A stretch of DNA of 54,894 nucleotides from Bacteroidales bacterium (GTDB lineage Bacteria; Bacteroidota; Bacteroidia; Bacteroidales; UBA932). Shown piece by piece: positions 16,331 to 24,075 of this stretch (position 1 is its first letter; the number at the start of each line of letters is the position of its first letter). The position numbers and the translations under genes were made by a program. Under the pieces are notes generated by a model. That model was not told the DNA's origin. It saw only the letters and a program-made list of their open reading frames with translations, and did no database searches. The stretch is from contig JAAZCF010000165.1 of NCBI GenBank assembly GCA_012513425.1, positions 1 to 54,894 of the forward strand. Direction: 5' to 3'.

Positions 16331-16990
16331 CAGGTTGAGGTATTAAAATATTGAGATATTAAAATATTGAGATTTTGAGGTACAAGCGACTTTTTACTAC
16401 AAACCCAAGCGTATCAAGACTTTGAAGGGCTTCTGATTATCTTAATAACTCAATTAACTTAATTATCTAAATTATCTAAGTGACCTTGCGCGATTCGGAG
16501 CGGCTATATATAAATTGATAACTTTTTATAAATATGTCTATTAATTTCTATTAATGGATATTGCTAACTACAGTTCTTTCTAATATTAATTTCTATTATA
16601 TTATATAATCCAAAAATAATCTGATAAAATTCGTGCTAAAGAAAATAATAAATTACTATATAGATATAAAAGAAATCATATAGTATTGTAGATATATAAT
16701 TAGCACGAAAATTATCAGATTATATTTAGCTAATAGATATATTACATATGTAGATATATTTCTATATCCATATCCAGTATACATAATGTCTGTAGATAAA
16801 TAAAAAAGCTCATTTTAATAAAGGGATTCTAAATCGCGCGAGGTTGTTTAGATAATCAAAATAATTGAGTTAATTGAGGTGGTTGAGGTACATAGAAAGC
16901 TTCTAAAGCCTTGATACGATTGGGTTTGTGGTAAAAAAGTTATCTTAAAATCTAACACCTTAATATTTAATCTACCTCAATTATTGTTTA
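16331..16990. repeat. Imperfect palindrome of about 660 bp: 170-bp arms around an AT-rich iteron core (origin candidate)
   Basis: The left arm (16331..16500) matches the reverse complement of the right arm (16826..16990), for example CTTTTTACTACAAACCCAAGCGTATCAAGACTTTGAAG vs CTTTTTTACCACAAACCCAATCGTATCAAGGCTTTAGAAG. A nested inverted repeat lies at 16616..16639 / 16701..16724. Confidence 0.8.
16341..16372 (+). repeat. Perfect tandem duplication of a 16-bp unit
   Basis: TATTAAAATATTGAGA occurs twice, inside the left arm of the large inverted repeat. Confidence 0.95.
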
Positions 16991-17087
16991 TCTCAGCCGC
17001 GCTGCGGCACTGTGTCACATACTATCTACACCATTGTAGATACATAATAGCTGAATCACACCCATCAAAACTCGTGCAACAAAAGTG

Positions 17088-17124
17088 TTATATCAATTAA
17101 ACCTTGTGCGTATAATATAATTAG
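17088..17124 (+). promoter_or_regulatory. Promoter-like element with the GCGTATAATATAATTAG block
   Basis: TTATAT (17088..17093), a 17-nt spacer, then TATAAT (17111..17116). It lies 37 nt upstream of ATG 17153. Confidence 0.45.
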
Positions 17125-17152
17125 AGCGACCAACATAATAGGAGGTAACTGT

Positions 17153-17614
17153 ATGTTTGAGTGCAAATTGTGCCATAATCTACTACCAAAAGAAATGGAA
17201 TGTACATCGCATGAAAGGCTGTGTAACAAGTGTAACAACATGCTACACATATACAGACGCGCTATGTCTCAATCATCAATAACTGTAGAGCAACAAATGA
17301 CAGTAGCATATGTAGAAAGATTGATTGAGCACAATAAACAACGAGGCGGCTATGTGCCAAAGATCTACAACCGCCCATTGTCTGTTTACAAATGTGAGTA
17401 TTGTGGTAATAACTTTGGGTCAAGAGTCCAGACCAGTAAGTGTGAAGAGTGTAAGAAGCGTGAGGCTGTTTACCGGACATTGATACACAAAGTTAAAAGA
17501 ACTGGTAAACACTCCGACCGCTTAGCAGAAATAGAGGAATATTATACTATACAAGAGCGGCGCGGCTTGAAGGTGCCGAAAATATTCTTAAAACATCGAG
17601 GTGAGTTGTTGTGA
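17153..17614 (+). CDS. Double Zn-ribbon protein, tandem paralogue A
   Basis: 153 aa with RBS AGGAGG. Motifs are CKLC...CNKC, EHNKQRGGYVPKIY and CEYC...CEEC. Confidence 0.65.
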   Translation: MFECKLCHNLLPKEMECTSHERLCNKCNNMLHIYRRAMSQSSITVEQQMTVAYVERLIEHNKQRGGYVPKIYNRPLSVYKCEYCGNNFGSRVQTSKCEECKKREAVYRTLIHKVKRTGKHSDRLAEIEEYYTIQERRGLKVPKIFLKHRGELL

Positions 17615-18063
17615 TTATTACATGCGCACTGTGCCATCAACAAGGAGAGAGATCAAGTGCGAATCGAAGACTATGTAAGCCATGTAATCGTAAGCTGAAT
17701 AAGTACAAGAGGTTAGTAGTTAAAGACAGGGCAAAGCTTCCTCCAGGTAATATAAAACTATTAGAACAAATGGAAGCAATGTTCGAGCATAATAAGCAGC
17801 ACGGCGGCTATGTGCCGCAGTTCTATGGCAAACTTTTGTATGAGGGTACATGTGTTACATGCTTAAAACGTTTTAAATGGGTGTCTGGAAATGATATATG
17901 CCCAAATTGCAGAAAAGATAAAACTATGTTCTATGTCTATTATAACAAGCATGGCCTGGTTGGCAAAGCAGCAGAATATTATGACTACTATCTAGACTTG
18001 TATAGAAAAGGTCGTAAAGTTCCTCAATTGTTTATCGACCTATATACAGGCAAGAAGAAATAA
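17611..18063 (+). CDS. Double Zn-ribbon protein, tandem paralogue B
   Basis: 150 aa with a GTGA start/stop overlap with paralogue A. Motifs are CALC...CKPC, EHNKQHGGYVPQFY and CVTC...CPNC. Confidence 0.65.
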   Translation: MIITCALCHQQGERSSANRRLCKPCNRKLNKYKRLVVKDRAKLPPGNIKLLEQMEAMFEHNKQHGGYVPQFYGKLLYEGTCVTCLKRFKWVSGNDICPNCRKDKTMFYVYYNKHGLVGKAAEYYDYYLDLYRKGRKVPQLFIDLYTGKKK

Positions 18064-18097
18064 AAACGGACCTGCTACTTAAGCAGGTCCTTTAATT
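18062..18097. terminator. Bidirectional terminator between convergent plus and minus blocks
   Basis: GGACCTGC tacttaa GCAGGTCC is flanked by AAAAA on the left and TTTAATT on the right. Confidence 0.7.
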
Positions 18098-18233
18098 GCT
18101 GCTGTAGTTTCTTACGTCTTACCGAGTGCTTTGTGATGCTTATCTTATACTCTAGTTCCTTGATGCGGCGCTGTGTAGCTTCATCACGTCGGGTTCTTTT
18201 AACTAGAGCCCTTGCGAGTAACCGTTTGAACAT
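18075..18233 (-). CDS. Small basic ORF (52 aa)
   Basis: RBS GGAGAGGA. The product is MFKRLLARALVKRTRRDEATQRRIKELEYKISITKHSVRRKKLQQQLKDLLK. It is the last minus-strand ORF before the terminator and is below the track cutoff. Confidence 0.4.
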   Translation of the reverse strand: MFKRLLARALVKRTRRDEATQRRIKELEYKISITKHSVRRKKLQQQLKDLLK

Positions 18234-18256
18234 CTACTCATCCTCTCCTCAGTAAT

Positions 18257-18469
18257 TTATTCAGCAAATGGTGGTTCGGGTAATGGTAGCCAATGGGTCA
18301 CAGCTTTTTCGTGTCTCCACTCCAAACTATTAAAGAGATCCAATTCAAGTACATAAAATTTTCCGTTTTTGAATTTCGCTATATCATAACCACCGTAATA
18401 GTATATCAGATATTTTCCGTCTGATTCTGGTAGCCTTTCTTTAACGCTAATCCATTCATGCATCTTCAT
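18257..18469 (-). CDS. DUF551-like protein
   Basis: Start trimmed to MKMHEWISVKERLPESDGKYL, which matches the typical DUF551 signature WISVKDRLPE. Confidence 0.55.
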   Translation of the reverse strand: MKMHEWISVKERLPESDGKYLIYYYGGYDIAKFKNGKFYVLELDLFNSLEWRHEKAVTHWLPLPEPPFAE

Positions 18470-19052
18470 CCTCTCCCTCGTCAGTGTAGTTGTCCTCGTA
18501 TTCGTCGAATCTCTCAAGCACTTTGTTTAAAAGGTCGCGGTGAGTGTCATCGTATATCGGCTTGTAGGTATTAGAATCTACACCGATTTGTGGTCGGTAT
18601 TTCTTAATCAACTCATCGGCCACAACATCTTGTAGATACTCTGGGTCATACTGCGAAAGGTCTGCATTGAGCCAATCCAAGAGCTCCTGCGGCGCTGCGG
18701 CACTGACTAACTCGTCGGTGTCCTCTACGGAGCTGGTACTATGCTTCTCGAGCAACTCATCTACAAGATTCAGGATTGTAGAGCGTTCCCGCTTGGATGG
18801 TGGCTTGAGGCCCTTAGCGCGTAACAGGTCGTACAGCTGCTCGATTTTATCTAGCTCCTGTAGTTCCTGCTCGCTGGCTCTGCCGTTGGACTGTTTCTTG
18901 CAGAGGTATTTGTACCGGGTGTTGATGGATTCGCAGGCCTTGCAGGTGCGGTAGCGCCCGCGCTCTTTGCCGGTGCGCGTCTCGCCGTAGTATTGACGGA
19001 ATTCGGTTTCTAGTTTGATTTCGCCACATTGTCTGCACTTTCTAAACTTCAT
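18456..19052 (-). CDS. Zn-ribbon module protein with an acidic C-terminus
   Basis: N-terminus CRQCGEIKLETEF...RYRTCKACESINTRYKY. The tail reads DEYEDNYTDEGEDEDA. Confidence 0.55.
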   Translation of the reverse strand: MKFRKCRQCGEIKLETEFRQYYGETRTGKERGRYRTCKACESINTRYKYLCKKQSNGRASEQELQELDKIEQLYDLLRAKGLKPPSKRERSTILNLVDELLEKHSTSSVEDTDELVSAAAPQELLDWLNADLSQYDPEYLQDVVADELIKKYRPQIGVDSNTYKPIYDDTHRDLLNKVLERFDEYEDNYTDEGEDEDA

Positions 19053-19332
19053 CTGTTATATGCTCCTTTAGTAGATTGTTTGCTTTATTTATAGTAGCAT
19101 TTAGTGTATCAAGTTCGTATTGTAGATAGTAAAGTGATAAGTTGATGACTTTATCGAAGAGGCCAGGCGCTTGCTCTCTTGTAATAGAAGCATGTTGCAA
19201 GAAGGAGGAGCTGAATTGCAGCGCTGGGTTGTCGTCTTTTTCTGCTATACGCTTGATTGCTTGGATTTTGTTTTCAATCATGTCACGTTTTTCTACCAAC
19301 TGATTTAGTTTGTAGATATAGTCTTCTTTCAT
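19042..19332 (-). CDS. Hypothetical coiled-coil protein
   Basis: Start trimmed to MKEDYIYKLNQL (ATG 19332, RBS GAAAGGA). Confidence 0.45.
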   Translation of the reverse strand: MKEDYIYKLNQLVEKRDMIENKIQAIKRIAEKDDNPALQFSSSFLQHASITREQAPGLFDKVINLSLYYLQYELDTLNATINKANNLLKEHITDEV

Positions 19333-19336
19333 ATTA

Positions 19337-19591
19337 TCATATCCTTTCTTTGTAGATTTTTCCAGGTCCATCAGCCTTGTAATAGTAAACACCGATTTCA
19401 TCTTTTAGGTACAACTTACAATTGTGCTGATTGAGATACTTGATTTGTCCATAAGTTAGCGTGATGTCTTCATCAAGGTGGCGCACCACCGGGCCGCCGG
19501 TGCGCTGGGCCTCTTCAATCATTTGGTCGATGACATTACTGAGTTTTGCTTTCTGAGTAGTCAAGTTTGACATCAGAACAACTTTTCTCAT
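19337..19591 (-). CDS. Hypothetical protein
   Basis: 84-aa ORF in an operon of overlapping starts and stops. Confidence 0.45.
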   Translation of the reverse strand: MRKVVLMSNLTTQKAKLSNVIDQMIEEAQRTGGPVVRHLDEDITLTYGQIKYLNQHNCKLYLKDEIGVYYYKADGPGKIYKERI

Positions 19592-19749
19592 ATAAGTCTC
19601 TCCACCTCTACAAGTTTGTTACAGACCTCACAGAATGCTTGGTCGCTATCTGGCTCAATAGGATTCGTCTCCATACCGCACTCAGGACATTCATGTGTCA
19701 CGTAACCAAACTCCTCGAACTGCTCGAGTAATTCTAATAAGTCTTTCAT
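19588..19749 (-). CDS. Small Zn-ribbon protein
   Basis: Start trimmed to MKDLLELLEQ (ATGA overlap with the upstream gene). It carries CPECG...CEVC. Confidence 0.5.
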   Translation of the reverse strand: MKDLLELLEQFEEFGYVTHECPECGMETNPIEPDSDQAFCEVCNKLVEVERLI

Positions 19750-19937
19750 TTTACACCCCTTCTGCTTTTCAATCTTGATATGCGATAACATTGTTTGCAA
19801 TCGCGACGGTATCTCGGGTTGCCGTTGGCATCTATACCATCTTTGTAGAATTCTGAGATTGGTTTGCGCTCTAAGCAGGTACCGCATGTGCGGAATCCAT
19901 CTGCATCTTGTTCGATAAGACTTGGTTCGAACATCAT
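19746..19937 (-). CDS. Stand-alone copy of the Zn-ribbon module
   Basis: 63 aa with CGTCLERKPISEFYKDG...RYRRDCKQCYRISRLK. Confidence 0.5.
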   Translation of the reverse strand: MMFEPSLIEQDADGFRTCGTCLERKPISEFYKDGIDANGNPRYRRDCKQCYRISRLKSRRGVK

Positions 19938-19938
19938 C

Positions 19939-20100
19939 TCAATTGACCTCCTCTTGCGGTACGCAATCTTCTATGCAAAATTCTTCAACGTAGCCTGTAG
20001 CATCTATCTCAACAGCAACAGTATTGTTGTCCAAAGGGTCCAGCCAAATAACTGTACCCTCTAGACCTCTAACTAGAACTTTGTCACCAGGTTTAACCAT
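19939..20100 (-). CDS. Small hypothetical protein
   Basis: Start trimmed to MVKPGDKVLVRG after RBS GGAGGG. Confidence 0.45.
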   Translation of the reverse strand: MVKPGDKVLVRGLEGTVIWLDPLDNNTVAVEIDATGYVEEFCIEDCVPQEEVN

Positions 20101-20692
20101 GTACGACCCTCCTGAAAATATGGTTAGTTTCATCATGGACATAAAGCATACCACATACGCATTGACAAAGACCTGAACGTGCATCCAGCACTTCGTATGA
20201 CGCTTGTCCACATGCACATAAGAAGTACGGTTCGTAGATGCCTTCTTTATGATTGTAGATATATTTCGCGTTACATCCTTTACAATATAGTTCGCCGACT
20301 TTTACTAGCTCAAAATCGTCGCATCCACATTGGCAGCGCAGCGATTCACTAGCTTCTTGCTCATTAAAAGTTTCTTCACCAATCTGTAGGTTGATTGCAG
20401 CGTCAACAACACCATCATAAATTTGTTCCAGTAGTTCGGCCTTACCAGAGACTATAGTAGCAATCCAGTCATCGAGCCGCGGTAGATGTACGGCGATGTG
20501 GTACATAATGACTGAGCCAAGTTCCTTAGGTCCAGGAAACTCTGTGTTACTAACGAGTTCAGCCAGTAGATTAATGCAAGCGTTCAGGTAATCATCAGTT
20601 AAAACGAATTGCGAGAAACTACACTTCTCACAATGCAAGTGTGAACCAGACTTTACTAAGTTACCTGTTTTGCAGACGGGGCATTTATTCAT
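20093..20692 (-). CDS. Multi-CxxC protein
   Basis: Start at ATG 20692 (MNKCPVCKTG) or GTG 20704. There are several CxxC pairs along the protein. Confidence 0.5.
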   Translation of the reverse strand: MNKCPVCKTGNLVKSGSHLHCEKCSFSQFVLTDDYLNACINLLAELVSNTEFPGPKELGSVIMYHIAVHLPRLDDWIATIVSGKAELLEQIYDGVVDAAINLQIGEETFNEQEASESLRCQCGCDDFELVKVGELYCKGCNAKYIYNHKEGIYEPYFLCACGQASYEVLDARSGLCQCVCGMLYVHDETNHIFRRVVHG

Positions 20693-20864
20693 TTGATTCT
20701 TCACCCTTAACTACACACTGTTTGGAGCAATAGTGCTTTATCCTTTCTGCACCTCTTGCTACAGTGTACCAATCCTTCGGAATGTCCGCCATCCCGAATA
20801 AGTCTACATAAGTAACAGGACGTTGTTTGCCACAGTAATCGCATTCTACAACTTGTTTAATCAT
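20685..20864 (-). CDS. Small Cys-containing ORF (59 aa)
   Basis: ATGA overlap with the ThyA-like stop. The product is MIKQVVECDYCGKQRPV...HYCSKQCVVKGEESNE. It is just below the track cutoff. Confidence 0.45.
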   Translation of the reverse strand: MIKQVVECDYCGKQRPVTYVDLFGMADIPKDWYTVARGAERIKHYCSKQCVVKGEESNE

Positions 20865-21664
20865 ACTGATACCTCCCCTTTAATTGTTGGATGATGTTGA
20901 TAACCTACAAGCTCAAAGTCTTCGAGCTCAAAATCATCAATTGACTTAATTTCACGATTGCGCTTGTTGATGCTAATCTTAGGTAGCGGGTATGGCTTAC
21001 GTTGTAATTGTGTTTTTACTTGTTCCAAGTGGTTCAAGTAAATGTGCGTATCGCCTAAGTTGTAGATAAGCTCACCAGGTCTTAACCCAGTGACATGTGC
21101 AACCATGTGAGTTAAAGTTGCGTAGGATGCGATGTCGAATGGTAACCCAAGAAACACATCGGCGCTGCGTTGATTCACTAGTGTGCTTAATCTGCCATCG
21201 TTGTGTACGTAGAACTGATACGAATAATGGCAAGGCGGAAGTGCCATCTCATCAAGTTCACCTGGATTCCATGCTGTCACTAACATGCGACGGTCTGTAG
21301 GATTATTCTTGATTGTATCAATTGCTTTTTGTAGCTGGTCTATTGTTTTTAAATCCTTTTTCCAGCTACGCCATTGCACGCCATACACTGGACCCAGTTC
21401 ACCATAAGGGTCAGCCCATTCGTCCCAGATGTGAACATTGTTGTCTAACATGAACCCAATGTTTGAAGAGCCACTAAGCATCCATAAAAGCTCAACCCAT
21501 ACGCCTTTGATGAAGAGTCGCTTAGTTGTTACAGCTGGAAAACCCTTTTGTAAGTCAAATCTAAGTTGCCGGCCGAACACGGAGATAGTCCCCGTGCCGG
21601 TACGGTCTATACGCTGTTCGCCATTTTCAAGTACATCTTTAACTAAGTCTAGATATTGACGCAT
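20861..21664 (-). CDS. Thymidylate synthase (ThyA) family enzyme with Asp177 in place of the specificity Asn; candidate dCMP C5-transferase
   Basis: It aligns without gaps to E. coli ThyA over DRTGTGT, WDEWAD, LGPVYG.QWR, ALPPCH and QRSADVFLGLPFDIASY. Codon GAC lies at 21134..21136. Confidence 0.9.
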   Translation of the reverse strand: MRQYLDLVKDVLENGEQRIDRTGTGTISVFGRQLRFDLQKGFPAVTTKRLFIKGVWVELLWMLSGSSNIGFMLDNNVHIWDEWADPYGELGPVYGVQWRSWKKDLKTIDQLQKAIDTIKNNPTDRRMLVTAWNPGELDEMALPPCHYSYQFYVHNDGRLSTLVNQRSADVFLGLPFDIASYATLTHMVAHVTGLRPGELIYNLGDTHIYLNHLEQVKTQLQRKPYPLPKISINKRNREIKSIDDFELEDFELVGYQHHPTIKGEVSV

Positions 21665-21667
21665 ACA

Positions 21668-21859
21668 TTACTCTCCTTCAAACATTTTGTCAAAGCATTT
21701 ACCGCAAATACCTGAAATCATAATCTCGCGTTGGTCAGGTGTTAGTGTAGGTAGTGCATATTGGATGTGTTCTCCTTCAAGCCAACGTTTGTAGCCCTCA
21801 TCAGATACTTCAAATGAGTATTGCTTACCACATATTATACAATTAGTTGTATACAACAT
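21668..21859 (-). CDS. Small Zn-binding protein
   Basis: 63 aa with CIICG...CGKC. Confidence 0.45.
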   Translation of the reverse strand: MLYTTNCIICGKQYSFEVSDEGYKRWLEGEHIQYALPTLTPDQREIMISGICGKCFDKMFEGE

Positions 21860-21865
21860 CTACAA

Positions 21866-22279
21866 TCACCCTTTCGTACGACCTAAGATGTAATCAGGTC
21901 GGTTTTTATCTGGTTGTTGACAAACTGCTAATATGCGCCAACCTTTGTCAAGATACTCTTGTAGAACTCCTGTGCTGCAATTTTCTAAACAATTTACTTC
22001 ATTAATAATCAACAAACCGAGGTTTGGCACATGTACGTTTACTTTGTCGTATTTTTGTTTCAATAACCGCTTTATGGTAAAAGGGGTGTTCGGAATAATG
22101 CTGTTTAGTTCTTCAATGTCTACTACGTAAGTGTTCCAAGAAATTAGCTCTACAGTGCCCTCATCACTTTGTTTATCGTTGATGATGTCTTCAAGTTTTT
22201 GCTCCAATAATTCTGCGAGTGATTTGGCTGTGTCGTATGGTACTTTAGTGCCCCAATGAAATTCTATTTCAGCTAGCAT
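21866..22279 (-). CDS. Hypothetical protein
   Basis: 137-aa ORF with RBS GGAGGG. Confidence 0.45.
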   Translation of the reverse strand: MLAEIEFHWGTKVPYDTAKSLAELLEQKLEDIINDKQSDEGTVELISWNTYVVDIEELNSIIPNTPFTIKRLLKQKYDKVNVHVPNLGLLIINEVNCLENCSTGVLQEYLDKGWRILAVCQQPDKNRPDYILGRTKG

Positions 22280-22296
22280 GTGAATCCCTCCACTTA

Positions 22297-23232
22297 TTAT
22301 TGCATTACTTCATGTACATAATATTGTGTGAACATTTGCTTGTTACCGAATGCCCAAATTTTGTCAGTGAATTTTGCGTCTGTATTTACTCTGTTGTTAG
22401 CCTCAATGATGATTTGCGCCTTTGCATCTACACTATCAGCATAGTGTACAATAATAGCTTCTAAGAAGCGCGGTGTTGTAGGAGAGCCGTACTCAAGTTC
22501 TCCGTGGTGCGAAGATACTATATGCAGTATCAAGTCTAGCACAGCTGAGTTTTCAGGTGTTCTATACTTTTCTAGTTTCATTGCTCCCAGCATGATGTGC
22601 TCAAGCATTTGGCCTTGGTCTGTCATTTCAATGACAGCACCATTTAGTTCATAAGTCCAAAGTTTACCCATATCATGTAGTAGCGCTCCTGCAACTACTA
22701 GGTCAACATTACACATTGGAGTCAGTTCTGCAATAGCTTTTGCTTTTGTAGCTACATCAACAGTATGCTTCAACAAACCAGATACAAACGCATGGTGCAC
22801 TCCTTTAGCACCAGGAGTCGTTTTCCATAGTTTTGCATTGTCATTAAACACTTGCACAACAATGTCTCTAGCATATTGATTTGTTATAGATTCCATCAAA
22901 GCTTTGGCTTTTGCAACATACTCTTCAACATCTACATCTCCAGATGGAGCGAATGTTTCTACACTGACGTTACTAGGTTTCATTGTGAATAACTTTAGTT
23001 GTTTCTTACCCATATACTCAGTGACAGTTGCTACTATGTCTATTACTGCGTTCTTTGCTGGAGGCTGGTTGTTGCCAAACTCCCAGTCCTGTGCTTGAAT
23101 TGTGTCGGTACCATCAGTTAGCTCAGCGAAGAGATAAGGCTTTTGAGCTTTAGTTAGTTTAATCTCTGCCGATTTAACCAGCAGTGTTGTAGATACTGTT
23201 TCACCTATATACATGTCTTTAATCTTTAGCAA
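22297..23232 (-). CDS. OB-fold plus HD-domain phosphohydrolase (YhaM-like 3'-5' exonuclease family)
   Basis: 311 aa. An N-terminal OB-like region is followed by HHAFVSGLLKHT, LHDMGK and SSHHG. Confidence 0.65.
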   Translation of the reverse strand: MLKIKDMYIGETVSTTLLVKSAEIKLTKAQKPYLFAELTDGTDTIQAQDWEFGNNQPPAKNAVIDIVATVTEYMGKKQLKLFTMKPSNVSVETFAPSGDVDVEEYVAKAKALMESITNQYARDIVVQVFNDNAKLWKTTPGAKGVHHAFVSGLLKHTVDVATKAKAIAELTPMCNVDLVVAGALLHDMGKLWTYELNGAVIEMTDQGQMLEHIMLGAMKLEKYRTPENSAVLDLILHIVSSHHGELEYGSPTTPRFLEAIIVHYADSVDAKAQIIIEANNRVNTDAKFTDKIWAFGNKQMFTQYYVHEVMQ

Positions 23233-23255
23233 GGTTATTCCCCCTCTATATTTGA

Positions 23256-23810
23256 TTATCTGCTTAAAATGTCAATTCTGGCGATGCCGAACTTCGACAT
23301 TAACAACTTTGATGATGCTTCCTTTGGCACATCATGTATAACAATTTTGCCTTCTCTATTAATTAACATTACATCTGTATCTCTAAATGCGCTTTCTATA
23401 ACCATTACATCCATATAGCTGTTAATTCTATACCATCTGCCTGGCACAAATGTGAACTTGCCTGGATCATACTTTTCAATTTCATGTACGGCGTATGCGT
23501 ATCTAGTGCGCTTATCCTTGTAGTTATCTATTCTGTCAGAAACTACAATAGCTCTGTTCGTATGGTATTCAAAAGCAACAATACGTCCAGTGAGTGTACC
23601 AATATCAGATCTAACACGATCTCCAATGCTGAAAACGTCGTAAACAAGTGGCTGTAAATGACCTTTATTGATAAGATACTCTGTGCCTGGTCTAATTTGC
23701 TCTTCAAATCTGTAATCTTCTACAACTTTTACTATCGTATCAAAATTAGAGTCCTGTAGGTCACTATCTATAACTTGCACTTTCATACCGTTGTAAAATC
23801 CAAATATCAT
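23256..23810 (-). CDS. Hypothetical protein
   Basis: 184-aa ORF. Confidence 0.45.
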   Translation of the reverse strand: MIFGFYNGMKVQVIDSDLQDSNFDTIVKVVEDYRFEEQIRPGTEYLINKGHLQPLVYDVFSIGDRVRSDIGTLTGRIVAFEYHTNRAIVVSDRIDNYKDKRTRYAYAVHEIEKYDPGKFTFVPGRWYRINSYMDVMVIESAFRDTDVMLINREGKIVIHDVPKEASSKLLMSKFGIARIDILSR

Positions 23811-23896
23811 ATCAGATTCTCCAATCTAATGTTTATTCTAACAGGTAGCGGTTTGGCCGGCAAGCTCTCAAATGTCTTGCGGCCCATAACCGCCAT
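23807..23896 (-). pseudogene. Dihydrofolate reductase relic (29-codon fragment)
   Basis: The translation [29 protein letters not shown] matches the DHFR core motif (I)[15 protein letters not shown].NIV. There are no flanking DHFR segments. Confidence 0.5.
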
Positions 23897-23901
23897 GTTA
23901 C

Positions 23902-24054
23902 TTAGTCATGTTCACTGTCATTATTAAATTCATCATCTGCGCTATTTTCCAACTCCATGTCTCTTCTACGTTTGTATTCTTCTAGTTCATCAATTTCAAC
24001 TTTGCGATAATTACGTTCCCATGCCATTGGCCACGAAAATCTGTCAAGGTTCAT
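23902..24054 (-). CDS. Small acidic ORF (50 aa)
   Basis: RBS GGAGTG. The product is MNLDRFSWPMAWERNYRKVEIDELEEYKRRRDMELENSADDEFNNDSEHD. Confidence 0.35.
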   Translation of the reverse strand: MNLDRFSWPMAWERNYRKVEIDELEEYKRRRDMELENSADDEFNNDSEHD

Positions 24055-24075
24055 TCTTTAACACTCCAAACCGCA

